In this document: positions 12,901-24,200 of the stretch, piece after piece
Layout of the letters: each line of letters begins with the position of its first letter
How positions within the stretch are numbered: the stretch's first letter is position 1
Assembly (NCBI GenBank): GCA_964016885.1
Contig: OZ024753.1
Location: forward strand, 26,598,001 to 26,662,000
Direction of reading: 5' to 3'
Source: Eledone cirrhosa
Lineage: Eukaryota
Length of the DNA: 64,000 nt
Made by a program: the position numbers and the translations under genes
Notes under the pieces: model-generated
The model's input: only the letters and a program-made list of their open reading frames with translations
What the model was told of the DNA's origin: nothing
Databases searched by the model: none

Positions 12901-15900
12901 TTTAGGGTTAGGGTTAGGGTTTGGGTTAGGGTTACGTTTAGGGTTCGGGTTCGGGTTGGGGTCGGGTTAGCGTTGGTGATACCGTTGGTTTTAGGGTTAG
13001 GGTTAGGGTTAGAGTTAGGGTTAGGGTTAGAGTTACGGTTTGGGTTAGGGTTAGGGTTAGGGTTAGAGTTTGGGTTAGTGTTAGGGTTAGGGTTAGGATT
13101 AGGATTAGGGTTACGTTTAGGTTTAGGGTTAGGGTTAAGTTTTGGGTTAGTGTTAGGGTTAGGATTAGGGTTAGGGTTAGGGTTTGGGTTTGGGGTAGGG
13201 TTACGGCTTGGGTTTGGGTTTGGTTTCGGGTTAGGGTTAGGGTTAGTGTTATGGTTTGTGTTAGGGTGTGCGTTAGGGTTAGGGTTAGAGTTAGGATTAG
13301 GGTTACGGTTAGGTTTAGGGTTAGGGTATGTGTTTGTGTTAGGGTTAGCGTTAGGGTTAGTGTTAGGGTTAGTGTTTGGGTTTGGGTTAGGGTGGGGTTG
13401 GGGTGCGGATTACGGTTGGGGTCAGGGTTGAGTTTCGGGTTAGGTTTAGGGTTAGGGTTAAGGATAGGGTTAGAGTTAGGGTTGGGGTTAGTCTTAGCGT
13501 TGGGGTTAGGGTTAGGATTACGGTTAGTGTTGGGGTTAGTGTTAGGGATAGTGTTAGTGTTAGGATTAGGGTTAGGGTTACGTTTCCGGTTGGGATTAGC
13601 GTTGGGGATAGGGTTAGTGTTAGGGCTGGCTTAGGGTTAGGTTTAGGGTTAGTGTTTGGGTTAGGTTTAGTGTTAGGGTTAGGTTTAGGGTTAGGGTTAG
13701 CGTTAGGGTTTGGGTTAGGTTTAGGGTTACGGTTAGGGTTACGGTTTGGGTTTGGTTTAGGTTTAGGGTTAGGGTTAGGGTTAGGGTTAGTGTTAGGGTT
13801 TGGATTAGGGTTAGGGTTAGGGTTAGGGTTAAGTTTTTGGTTTGGTTTAGGGTTAGCTTTTTGTTTGGGTTAGGGTTAGGTTTAGGTTTAGGGTTAGGGT
13901 TAGTGTTAGAACTTGGGATTGGTTTCGGTTTAGGGTTATGGTTAATTTTAACGTTTGGGTTAGGGTTTGCGTTAGAGTTACGATTAGGGTTTGAGATAGG
14001 GTTAGGTTTAATTTTAGTGTTAGGGTTAGGGTCAGGTTTAGGGTTACGGTTTGGGTTTGGGTTAGGGTTAGGATTAGGTTTAGGGTTAGCGTTTCGGTTA
14101 GGGTTTGGGTAAGAGTTAGGGTTAGGGTTAGGGTTACGGTTAGGTTTAGGGTGAGGGTTTGGGTTTGGGTTCGGATTTGGTTTAATGTTAGGGCTAGCGC
14201 TAAGGTTAGGGTTAGGGTTTGGGTTAGGGTTTCGGTTAGGGTTACGGTTAGTGTTTGCGTTAGTGTTAGGGTTAGCGTTATGTTTAGTGTTAGGGTTAGG
14301 GTTAGGGTTAGGGTTGGGGTTAGTGTTAGCGTTGGGGTTAGGGTTAGTGTTAGGGTTAGGATTAGGGTTAGGGTTAGGAATACAGTTGCGGTTGTGGTTG
14401 GGGCTAGCGTTGGTAGAAGAGGGTTGGGTTAGGGTTAGGGTTAGGGTTAGGGTTAGAGTTATCGTTTGGGTTAGGGTTACGGTTAGGGTTAGGGTTAGGG
14501 TTATGGTTTTGGGTTAGGTTTAGGGTTAGTGTTAATGTTAGGGTTAGTGTTAGGGTTTGGATTAGGGTTAGGGTTAGGGTTAAGGTTTGGGTTTGCGTTA
14601 GGGTTAGGGCTTGGGTTTGGGTCTGGTTTCGGGTTAGGGTTAAGGTTTGGGTTAGGGTATGCGTTAGGGTTAGTGTCAGGGTTAGTGTTAGGATTAGGGT
14701 CACGGTTAGGTTTAGAGTTAGGGTTTGGGTTTTGGTTAGCGTTAGGGTTAGGGTTAAGGTTTGGGTTATCGTTTGGGTTAGGGTTAGGTTTAGAGTTAGG
14801 TTTAGGGTTAGGGTTATGGTTTTGGGTTATGGTTAGGGTTAGTGTTAAGGTTAGTGTTAGGGTTTGGATTAGGGTTAGGGTTAGGGTTAGGGTTAGGGTT
14901 TGGGTTAGTGTTAGGGTTATGTTTAGGGTTAGGGTTTCGTTTTGTGTTAGGGTTAGGGTTAAAGCTTGGGTTTTGGTTTGGTTTCAGGTTAGAGGTTAAG
15001 GTTTGGGTTAGGGTTTGCGTTATGGTTACTATTAGCGTTTCGGTTAGGGTTAGGTAAGGGTTACGGTTAGGGTTACGGTTAGGTTTAGGGTTAGGGTTTG
15101 TGTTACGGTTAGGGTTCGAGTTAGAGTGAGGGTTTGGGTTCGGGTTTGGTTTAATATTAGGGCTAGCGCTAAGGTTAGGCTTAGGGTTTCGGTTAGGGTT
15201 TGGGTTAGGGTTACTGTTAGTGTTTGGGTTCGTGTTAGGGTTAGCGTTAGGGATAGGGTTAGTGTTTGGGTTGGGGTTGGGGTGGTGTTGGGGTGCATGT
15301 TAAGGTTGGGGTTAGGGTTGAGGTTAGTGTTAGGGTTAGGGTTAGGGTTAGGGATAGGGCTAGAGTTAGGGTTGGGGTTACGGTTAGCGTTGGGGTTAGG
15401 GTTAGTTTTAGGGTTAGGGTTAGGATTAGGGTTAGGATTACGGTTGCGGTTGTGGTTGGGGCTAACGTTGGGTATAGGGTTAGAGTTAGGATTGGGGTTA
15501 TGGTCAGCGTTGGTTTAGAGTTAGGGTTAGAGTTATCGTTTGGGTTAGGTTTAGCGTTAGGGTTAGTGTTAGGGTTTAGGTTTGTGTTAGGGTTAGGTCT
15601 TGGGTCTGGGTTTGGTTTCGTGTTAGGGTTAGGGTTAGGGTCAGTGTTAAGGTTTGGGTTAGGGTGTGCATTAGAGTTAGTGTTAGGATTAATTTTAGGA
15701 TTAGGGTTACGGTTAGGTTTAGAGTTAGGGTTTGGGTTTGGGTTAGCATTAGGGTTAGGGTTAGGGTTTGGGTTTGGGTTCGAGTTAGGGTGAGGGTTTG
15801 GGTTTGGGTTAGGGTTAGGGTTAGGGTTAGGGTTAGGATTTGGGTTAGGGTTATTGTTAGTGTTACTGCTAGGTTTAGGGTTTTTGTTAGGGTTACGGTT

Positions 15901-18274
15901 AGTGTTTGGGTTAGTGTTAGGGATAGTGTTAGTGTTAGGGTTAGAGTTAGGGTTACGTTTCCGGTTGGGATTAGCGTTGGGGATAGGGTTAGGGTTAGGG
16001 TTGGCTTAGGGTTAGGTTTAGGCTTAGGGTTTGGGTTGGGGTTAGTGTTAGGTTTAGGTTTAGGGTTAGGGTTAGGGTTTGGGTTAGGTTTAGGGTTACG
16101 GTTAGGGTTACGGTCTGGCTTTGTGTTAGGTTTAGGGTTAGGGTTAGGGTTACTGTTAAGGGTAGGGTTTGGGTTATGTTTAGGGTTAGGGTTAGGGTTA
16201 GGGTTTGGGTTTGCGTTAGGGTTAGGGCTTGGGTATGGGTTTGTTTTCGGGTTAGGATTAGGGTTATGGTTTGGGTTAGGGTTTGCGTTACGGTTAGTGT
16301 CAGGGTTAGTGTTAGGATTAGAGTTACGGTTAGGGTTTGGGTTTGGGTTAGCGTTAGGGTTTGGGTTAGGGTTTGGGTTATCGTTTGGGTTAGTGTTAGG
16401 TTTAGAGTTAGGTTTAGGGTTAGGGTTATGGTTTTGGGTTATGGTTAGGGTTAGTTTTAAGGTTAGTGTTAGGGTTTGGATTTGGGTTAGGGTTAGGGTT
16501 AGGGTTTGGATTAGTGTTTGGGTTAGGTTTAGGGATAGGGTTTCGGTTTGTGTTAGGGTTAGGGTTAAAACTTGGGTTTGGGTTTGGTTTCAGGTTAGTG
16601 TTAATGTTTGGGTTAGTGTTTGCGTTAGGGTTACTATTAGCGTTTCGGTTAAGGTTGGGTAAGGTTTACGGTTACGGTTAGGGTTACCGTTAGGTTTAGG
16701 GTTAGGGTTTGTGTTTGGGTTAGGGTTAGGGTTAAGGTTTTTGTTACGGTTAGGGTTCGAGTTAGAGTGAGGGTTTGGGTTTGGGTTCGGGTTTGGTTTA
16801 ATATTAGGGCTAGCGCTAAGGTTAGGGTTAGGGTTTGGGTTAGGGTTTGTGTTAGGGTTACTGTTAGTGTTTGGGTTAGTGTTAGGGTTAGCGTTAGGGT
16901 TAGGGTTAGTGTTTGGGTTGGGGTGCATGTTAAGGTTGGGGTTAGGGTTGTGTTTAGTGTTAGGGTTAGGGTTAGGGTTAGGGATAGGGTTAGAGTTAGG
17001 GTTGGGGTTAGGGTTAGTGTTGGGGTTAGGTTTAGTGTTAGTTTTAGGATTACGGTTGCGGTTGTGGTTGGGGCTAACGTTGGGGATAGGGTTGGGTTAG
17101 AGATAAGGTTAGAGTTAAGATTGGGGTTATGGTTAGCGTTGGGGTTAGGGTTAGGGTAAGGGTTAGGGTTAGGGTTAGGGTTAGAGTTATCGTTTGGGTT
17201 ACGTTAAGGGTTGGGGTTAGTGTTAAGGTTTGGATTAGGGTTAGGGTTAGGGTTAGGGTTAGGGTTTGGGTTTGCGTTAGGGTTAGGGCTTGGGTCTGGG
17301 TTTGGTCTCGGGTTACAGTTAGGGTTAGGGTTAGTGTTAATGTTTGGGTTAGGGTGTGCGTTAGGGTTAGGGTTAGGGTTAGGGTTAGGGTTACGGTTAG
17401 ATTTAGAGTTAGGGTTTGGGTTTGGGTTAGCGTTAGGGTTAAGGTTAGGGTTTGGGTTAGGGTTCGATTTAGGGTGAGGGTTTGGGCTTGGTTTCGGGTT
17501 AGGGCTAACGTTAGGGTTAGGTTTTGTGTTTGGGTTAGGGTTAGCGATAGGGTTCGGGTTAGGATTAGGGTTAGGGTTAGGGTTTGCGTTAGGATTTGGG
17601 TTAGGGTTATTGTTAGTGTTACTGCTAGGGTTAGGGTTTTGGTTTGGGTTAGGGTTACGGTTAGTGTTTGGGTTAGTGTTAGGGATAGTGTTAGTGTTAG
17701 GATTAGGGTTAGGGTTACGTTTCCGGTTGGGATTAGCGTTGGTGATATGGTTAGGGTTAGGTTTAGGGTTAGGGTTTGGGTTAGGTTTAGTGTTAGGGTT
17801 AGGTTTAGGGTTAGGGTTAGGGTTTGGGTTAGGTTTAGGGTTACGGTTAGGGTTACGGTTTGGGTTTGGATTAGGGTTAGGGTTAAGTTTAGGGTTAAGT
17901 TTTTGGTTTGGGATTAGGGTTAGGTTTCCGGTTGGGATTAGCGTTGGGGATATGGTTAGGGTTAGGGTTGGCTTAGGGTTAGGGTTGTGGTTAGGGTTTG
18001 GGTTAGGTTTAGGGTTACGGTTAGGGTTACGGTTTGGGTTTGGTTTAGGTTTAGGGTTAGGGTTAGGGTTAGGGTTAGAGTTAGTGTTAGGGTTTGGATT
18101 AGGGTTAGGGTTAAGTTTTGGGTTTGGGTTAGGGTTAGGTTTTTGTTTGGGTTAGGGTTAGGTTTAGGTTTAGGGTTAGTCTTTCGGTTTGGGTTAGGGT
18201 TAGGGCTTGGGATTGGTTTCGGGTTAGGATTATGGTTAGTTTTAAGGTTTGGGTTAGGGTTTGCGTTAGGGTTA
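9897..18274 (+). repeat. 8.37-kb higher-order repeat, copy 2
   Basis: Near-identical to copy 1. Match ends at 9907(G)/18275(C). Differences seen include a 12-bp insertion near 10135 and G2830/T11198, G6112/C14480, T6992/C15360, C8084/T16452, G8675/T17043. Confidence 0.93.
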
Positions 18275-21200
18275 CGATTAGGGTTTGGGATAGGGTTCGG
18301 TTTAGTTTTAGTGATAGGGTTAGGGTCAGGTTTAGGGTTACGGTTTGTGTTTGGGTTAGGGTTAGGATTAGGTTTAGGGTTAGCTTTTCGGTTAGGGTTA
18401 GGGTAAGAGTTAGTGTTAGGGTTAGGTTTAGGGTGAGGGTTTGGGTTTGGGTTCGGATTTGGTTTAATGTTAGGGCTTGCGCTAAGGTTAGGGTTAGGGT
18501 TTGTGTTAGGGTTTGGGTTAGGGTTACGGTTAGTGTTTGGGTTAGTGTTAGGGTTAGCGTTATGGTTAGTGTTAGGGTTAGGGTTGTGGTTAGTGTTAGC
18601 GTTGGGGTTAGGGTTAGTGTTAGGTTTAGTATTAGGGTTAGGGTTAGGAATACAGTTGCGTTTGTGGTTGGGGTTGGGGCTAGCGTTGGGGATAGGGTTG
18701 GGTTAGGGTTAGGGTTAGAGTTATCGTTTGGGTTAGGCTTACGGTGAGGGTTAGGTTTATGGTTAGGATTAATGTTAGGGTTAGTGTTAGGTTTGGGTTT
18801 GCGTTAGGGTTAGGGCTTGGGTTTGGGTTTGGTTTCGGGTTAGGGTTAGGGTTATGGTTTGGGTTAGGGTGTGCGTTAGGGTTAGTGTTAGGATTAGTTT
18901 TAGGATTAGGGTTACGGTTAGGTTTAGAGTTAGGGTTTGGGTTTGGGTTAGCATTAGGTTTAGGGTTAGGGTTTGGGTTAGGGTTCGAGTTAGGGTGAGG
19001 GTTTGGGTTTGGTTTAGGTTTAGGGTTAGGATTTGGGTTAGGGTTATTGTTAGTGTTACTGCTAGGGTTTGGGTTGGCTTAGGGTTAGGTTTAGGGTTAG
19101 GGTTTGTGTTAGGTTTAGTGTTAGTGTTAGATTTAGGGTTAGGGTTAGGGTTAGGGTTTGGGTTAGGTTTAGGGTTACGGTTAGGATTACGGTTTGGGTT
19201 TGGGTTAGGTTTAGTGTTAGGGTTAGGATTAGGGTTAGGGTTAGGGTTTGGGTTTGGGGTAGGGTTACGGCTTGGGTTTGGTTTCGGGTTAGGGTTAGGG
19301 TTAGTGTTATGGTTTGTGTTAGGGGGTGCGTTAGGGTTAGGGTTAGAGTTAGGATTAGGGTTACGGTTAGGTTTAGGGTTAGGGTATGTGTTTGGGTTAG
19401 GGTTAGCGTTAGGGTTAGTGTTAGGGTTAGTGTTTGTGTTGGGGTTGGGGTGGGGTTGGGGTGCGGATTACGGTTGGGGTTAGGGTTGAGTTTCGGGTTA
19501 GGTTTAGGGTTAGGGTTAAGGATAGGGTTAGAGTTAGGCTTGGGGTTAGTCCTAGCGTTGGGGTTAGGGTTAGTGTTTGGGTTAGTGTTAGGGATAGTGT
19601 TAGTGTTAGGATTAGGGTTAGGGTTACGTTTCCGGTTGGGATTAGCGTTGGGGATAGGGTTAGGGTTAGGGTTGGCTTAGGGTTAGGTTTAGCGTTAGGG
19701 TTTGGGTTAGGTTTAGTGTTAGGGTTAGGTTTAGGGTTAGGGTTAGGGTTAGGGTTTGGGTTAGGTTTAGGGTTACGGTTAGGGTTATGGTTTGGGTTTG
19801 GTTTAGGTTTAGGGTTAGGGTTAGGGTTAGTGTTTGGGTTAGTGTTAGTGTTAGTGTTAGGGTTAGGGTTAGGATTAGGATTACGTTTCAGGTTGGGGTT
19901 GCGATTGGGATTAGCCTTGGGGATAGGGTTAGGGTTAGGATAGGGTTACGGTTTGGGTTTAGGCTTAGGGTTACGGTTTGGGTTTGGGTTAGGTTTAGGG
20001 TTAGGGTTAGGGTTAGGCTTTGGTTACGGTTAGGGTTAGGGTTAGTGTTAAGGTTAGGGCTAGGGTTACGTTTAGGGTTAGGGTTAGGTTTAGGATTTGT
20101 GTTAGGGTTACGGTTGGGGTTGGGGTTAGGGTTGGGGTTCGGTTTAGCGTTGTTGATAGGGTTTGGGTTAGAGTTAGGGTTAGGGTTATGGTTAGGGTTA
20201 TGGTTAGGGTTAGGGTTAGGGTTAGGGTTAGGGTTAGGGTTAGGGTTAGGTTTATGATTAGGGTTAGCGTTAGTGTTAGTGTTAGGGTTTGGATTAGGGT
20301 TAGGGTTAGGGTTAGGGTTAGGGCCTGGGTTTGGATTTGGTTTCGCGTTAGCGTTATGGTTACGGTTAGTGTTAAAGTTTGGGTTAGGGTTTGCGTTAGG
20401 GTTAGGGTTAGGTTTAGTGTTAGGATTAGGGTTACGGTTAAGTTTAGGGTTAGGGTTTGGGTTTGAGTTAGGGTTAGTTTTAGGGTTAGTGTTAGGGTTT
20501 GTTTTGGGGTGGGGTTGGGGTGCGGGTTAAGGTTGGGGTTAGGGTTGAGTTTCGGGTTAGGGTTAGGGTTAGAGATGGGGTTAGCGTTAGCGTTGGTGTT
20601 AGGGTTAGTGTTGGAGTTAGGGTTAGGGTTAGAGTTAGTATTACGGTTGCAGTTGTGGTTGGTGTTGGGGCTATATTGTTGGGGATAGGGTTGGGGTTAG
20701 AGTTAGTGTTAGTGTTAGGGTTGGTGTCAGGGTTAGCGTTGGGGTTAGGGTTAGGGTTTCGGTTAGGGCTTGGTTTTGGGTTTGGTTTCGGGTTAGGGTT
20801 AGGGTTAGTGTTAAGATTTGGGTTAGGGTCTGCGTTATGGTTAGTGTTAGTGTTAGGATTAGGGTTACGGTTAGGTTTAGCGTTAGGGTTTGGGTTTGGG
20901 TTAGGGTTAGGGTTAGGGTTAGCATTTGGGTTTGGGTTAGGGTGAGGGTTAGGGTGAGGGTTTGGGTTTGTTTAGGGTTAGGGCTAGGGTTTTGGTTACG
21001 GTTTGGGTTAGGGTTACGGTTAGTGTTTGGTTTAGTGTTAGGGTTAGCGTTAGGTTTAGAGTTACTGTTTGGGTTGGTGTTGGGGTAGGTTTGGGGTGTG
21101 TGTGGGTGTTGGGGTGGGGTTAGAGGTGGAATTAGGGTTAGGGTTAAGGTTAGGGTTAGTGTTGGTGTTTGGGTTAGGGTTAGGGTTAGGTTTTGTGTTT

Positions 21201-24200
21201 GGGTTAGGGTTAGCGATAGGGTTAGGGTTAGGGTTAGGGTTAGGGGTAGGGTAAGGGTTTGTGTTAGGGTTTGGGTTAGGGTTAGATTTATGTTTAGGGT
21301 TATTGTTTATGTTAGGGCTCGGGTTAGGATTAGGGTTACGGATAGGGTTAGGGTTTGGGTTAGGACTTTGGGTTAGGGTTATTGTTAGTGTTACTGTTAG
21401 GGTTAGGGTTTGGGTTTGTGTTAGGGTTTGGGTTAAGGTTAGGTTTACGGTTAGTGTTTGGGTTAGTGTAAGGGTTAGTGTTCGGGTTAGTGTTAGGGTT
21501 AGGGTTACGTTTCCGGTTGGGGTTGTGGTTGGGTTTACCGTTGGGGATAGGGTTAGGGTTAGGGTTTGGGTAAGGCTTAGTTTTAGGGTTAGGTTTATGG
21601 TTAGGGTTAGTGTTAGGGTTTGCGTTAGGTTCAGGGTTACGGTTAGGGTTACGGTTTGTGTTTGGGTTAGGTTTAGGGTTAGGGTTAGGGTTAGGGTTTG
21701 GGTTAGGGTTAAGGCTAGGGTTAATGTTAAGGGTAGGGTTATGTTTAGGGTTAGGGTTGTGGTTTGGGTTAGGGTTACGTTTGAGGTTGGGGTTTGGGTT
21801 TGGGTTAGCTTTGGTGATAGGGTTGGGGTTAGAGTTATGGTTAGGGTTATGGTTTGGGTTAGGGTTAGGATTATACTTAGGGTTAGGGTTTGCGTTAGGG
21901 TTTGGGTTAGGGTTAGGGTTACTGTTAAGGTTAGGGTTAGGGTTAGTGTTAGGGTTAGTGTTAGGGTTAGTGTTAGGGTTAGGGTTACTGTTAAGGTTAG
22001 GGTTAGGGTTAGTGTTAGGGTTAGTGTTAGGGTTAGGGTTTGGGTTAGGGTTAGGGTTACTGTTAAGGTTAGGGTTAGGGTTAGTGTTATGGTTTGGATT
22101 AGGGTTAGGGTTAGGGTTAGGATAAAGGTTAGGGTTTGGGTTAGGGTTAAGGCTTGGGTTTGATTTCGGGTTAGGGTTAGGGTTAGGGTTAGTGTTAAGG
22201 TTTGGGTTAGGGTGTGCGTTAGGGTTAGGGTTAGTGTTAGGATTAGGGTTAGCGTTAGCGTTTTTGTTAGGGTTAGGGTTGGTGTGGGGTTGGGGTCCTG
22301 ATTACGGTTGGGGTTAGGGTTGAGTTTCGGGTTGGGGTTAGTGTTAGCGTTGGGGTTAGGGTCAGTGTTAGGGTTAGGATTATGGTTGCAGTTGTGGTTG
22401 GGGTTTGGGCTAGCGTTGGGGATAGGGTTTGGGTTAGAGTTAGGGTTAGGGTTATCGTTTGGGTTAAGGTTAGGGTTAGGGGTAGGGTTAGGGTTACGGT
22501 TTTCGGTTAGGGTTAGGGTTACTGTTAGGGTTAGTGTTAGGGTTTGTATTAGGGTTAGGGTTAGGGTTTGGGTCAGGGCTTGGGTTTAGGTTTGGTTTCG
22601 AGTTAGGGTTAAGATTTGGGTTAGGGTGTGCGTTAGGGTTAGGGTTAGGTTTAGGGTTAGTGTTAGGTTCAGGGTTACGGTTAGGTTTAAGGTTAGGGTT
22701 TGGGTTTGGGTTAGGGTTAGGGTTAGGATTCGTGTTTAGGTTTGGGTTTGGGTTAGAGTTAGGGTGAGGTTTGGGTTTGGGTTGTGGTTGTTTTGTGGCT
22801 AGCGTTGGCGATAGGGTTAGGTTTTATTTTGGGTTAGGGTTAGTTTTAGGTTTAGGATTAGGTTTAGGGTTACGGTTAGGTTTACTGTTACGGTTTGGGT
22901 TTGGGTCAGGATTAGGATTAGGGTTTAGGATAGGGTTAGGGTTAGGGTTAGTTTTAGTGTTAGGTTTAGGGTCAGGTTTAGGGTTAGGGTTTGGGTTTGG
23001 GTTAGGGTTAGGATTAGGTTTAGGGTTAGCGTTTCGGTTAGGGTTAGGGTTACGGTTAGGTTTAGCGTTAGGATTTGGGTTTGGGTAAGGGTTAGGATTT
23101 GTTTTGGGGTTAGGGTTCGAGTTAGGGTGAGGGTTTGGGTTTGGGTTCGGGTTTGGTTTAATGTTAGGGCTAGCGCTAAGGTTAATGTTTGGGTTGGGGT
23201 GGGGTTGGGGTGCGTGTTAAGGTTGGGTTGAGGTTGGGTTTAGGGTTAGGGTTAGGGATAGGGTTAGGGTTAGCGTTGGGGTTAGGGTTAGGGTTAGGGT
23301 TAGGATTACGGTTGCGGCTGTGGTTGGGGTTGGGGTTAGGATTAGGGTTAGGGTTTGGGTTTACGTTAGGGTTAGGGCTTGGGTTTGGGTTTGAGTTCGG
23401 GTTAGGGTTAGGGTTAGGGTTAGTGTTAAGGTTTGGGTTAGGGTGTGCGTTAGGGTTAGTGTTAGGGTTAGTGTTAGGATTAGGGTTACGGTTAGGTTTA
23501 GTGTTAGGGTTTGGGTTTGGGTTAGCGTTAGGGTTAGGGTTTGGGTGAGGGTTCGAATTAGGGTGAGGGTTTTTGTTTGGGTTTGGTTTAGGGTTAGGGC
23601 TAGCGTTAGTGTTAGGTTTAGGGTTTGGGTTAGGGTTCGAGTTAGGGTTACGGTTAGTGTTTGGGTTAGCGTTAGGGTTAAGGTTAGTGTTTGAGTTGGG
23701 GTTGGGGTGGGGTTGGGGTGCGGGTGGGTGTCGGTGTGGGGGTTATGGGTGGAGTTAGGGTTAGGGTTAGGATTAAGATTAGTGTTAGTGTTGTGGTTTG
23801 GGTTTGGGTTAAATTTTGTGCTTGGGTTAGCGATAGGGTTAGGGTTAGTGTTAGGGTTAGGATTAGGGGTAGGGTTTGTGTTAGAGTTTGGGTTTGGGTT
23901 AAGTTAGGTTTATGATTAGGGTTATTGCTTATGTTAGGGCTCGGGTTAGGATTAGGGTTAGGATTTGGATTACGTTTCAGGTTGGGGTTGCGGTTGGGAT
24001 TAGCCTTGGGGATAGGGTTAGGGTTAGGGTTAGTGTTAGGGTTAGGTTTAGGGTTAGGGGTAGGTTTAGGGTTATGGTTACGGTTTGGGTTTGGGTTAGG
24101 TTTCGGGTTAGGGTTAGGGTTAGGCTTTGGGTTAGGGTTAGGGTTAGGGTTAGAGTTAGTGTTAAGCGTAGGGTTAGGGTTACGTTTAGGGTTAGGGTTA

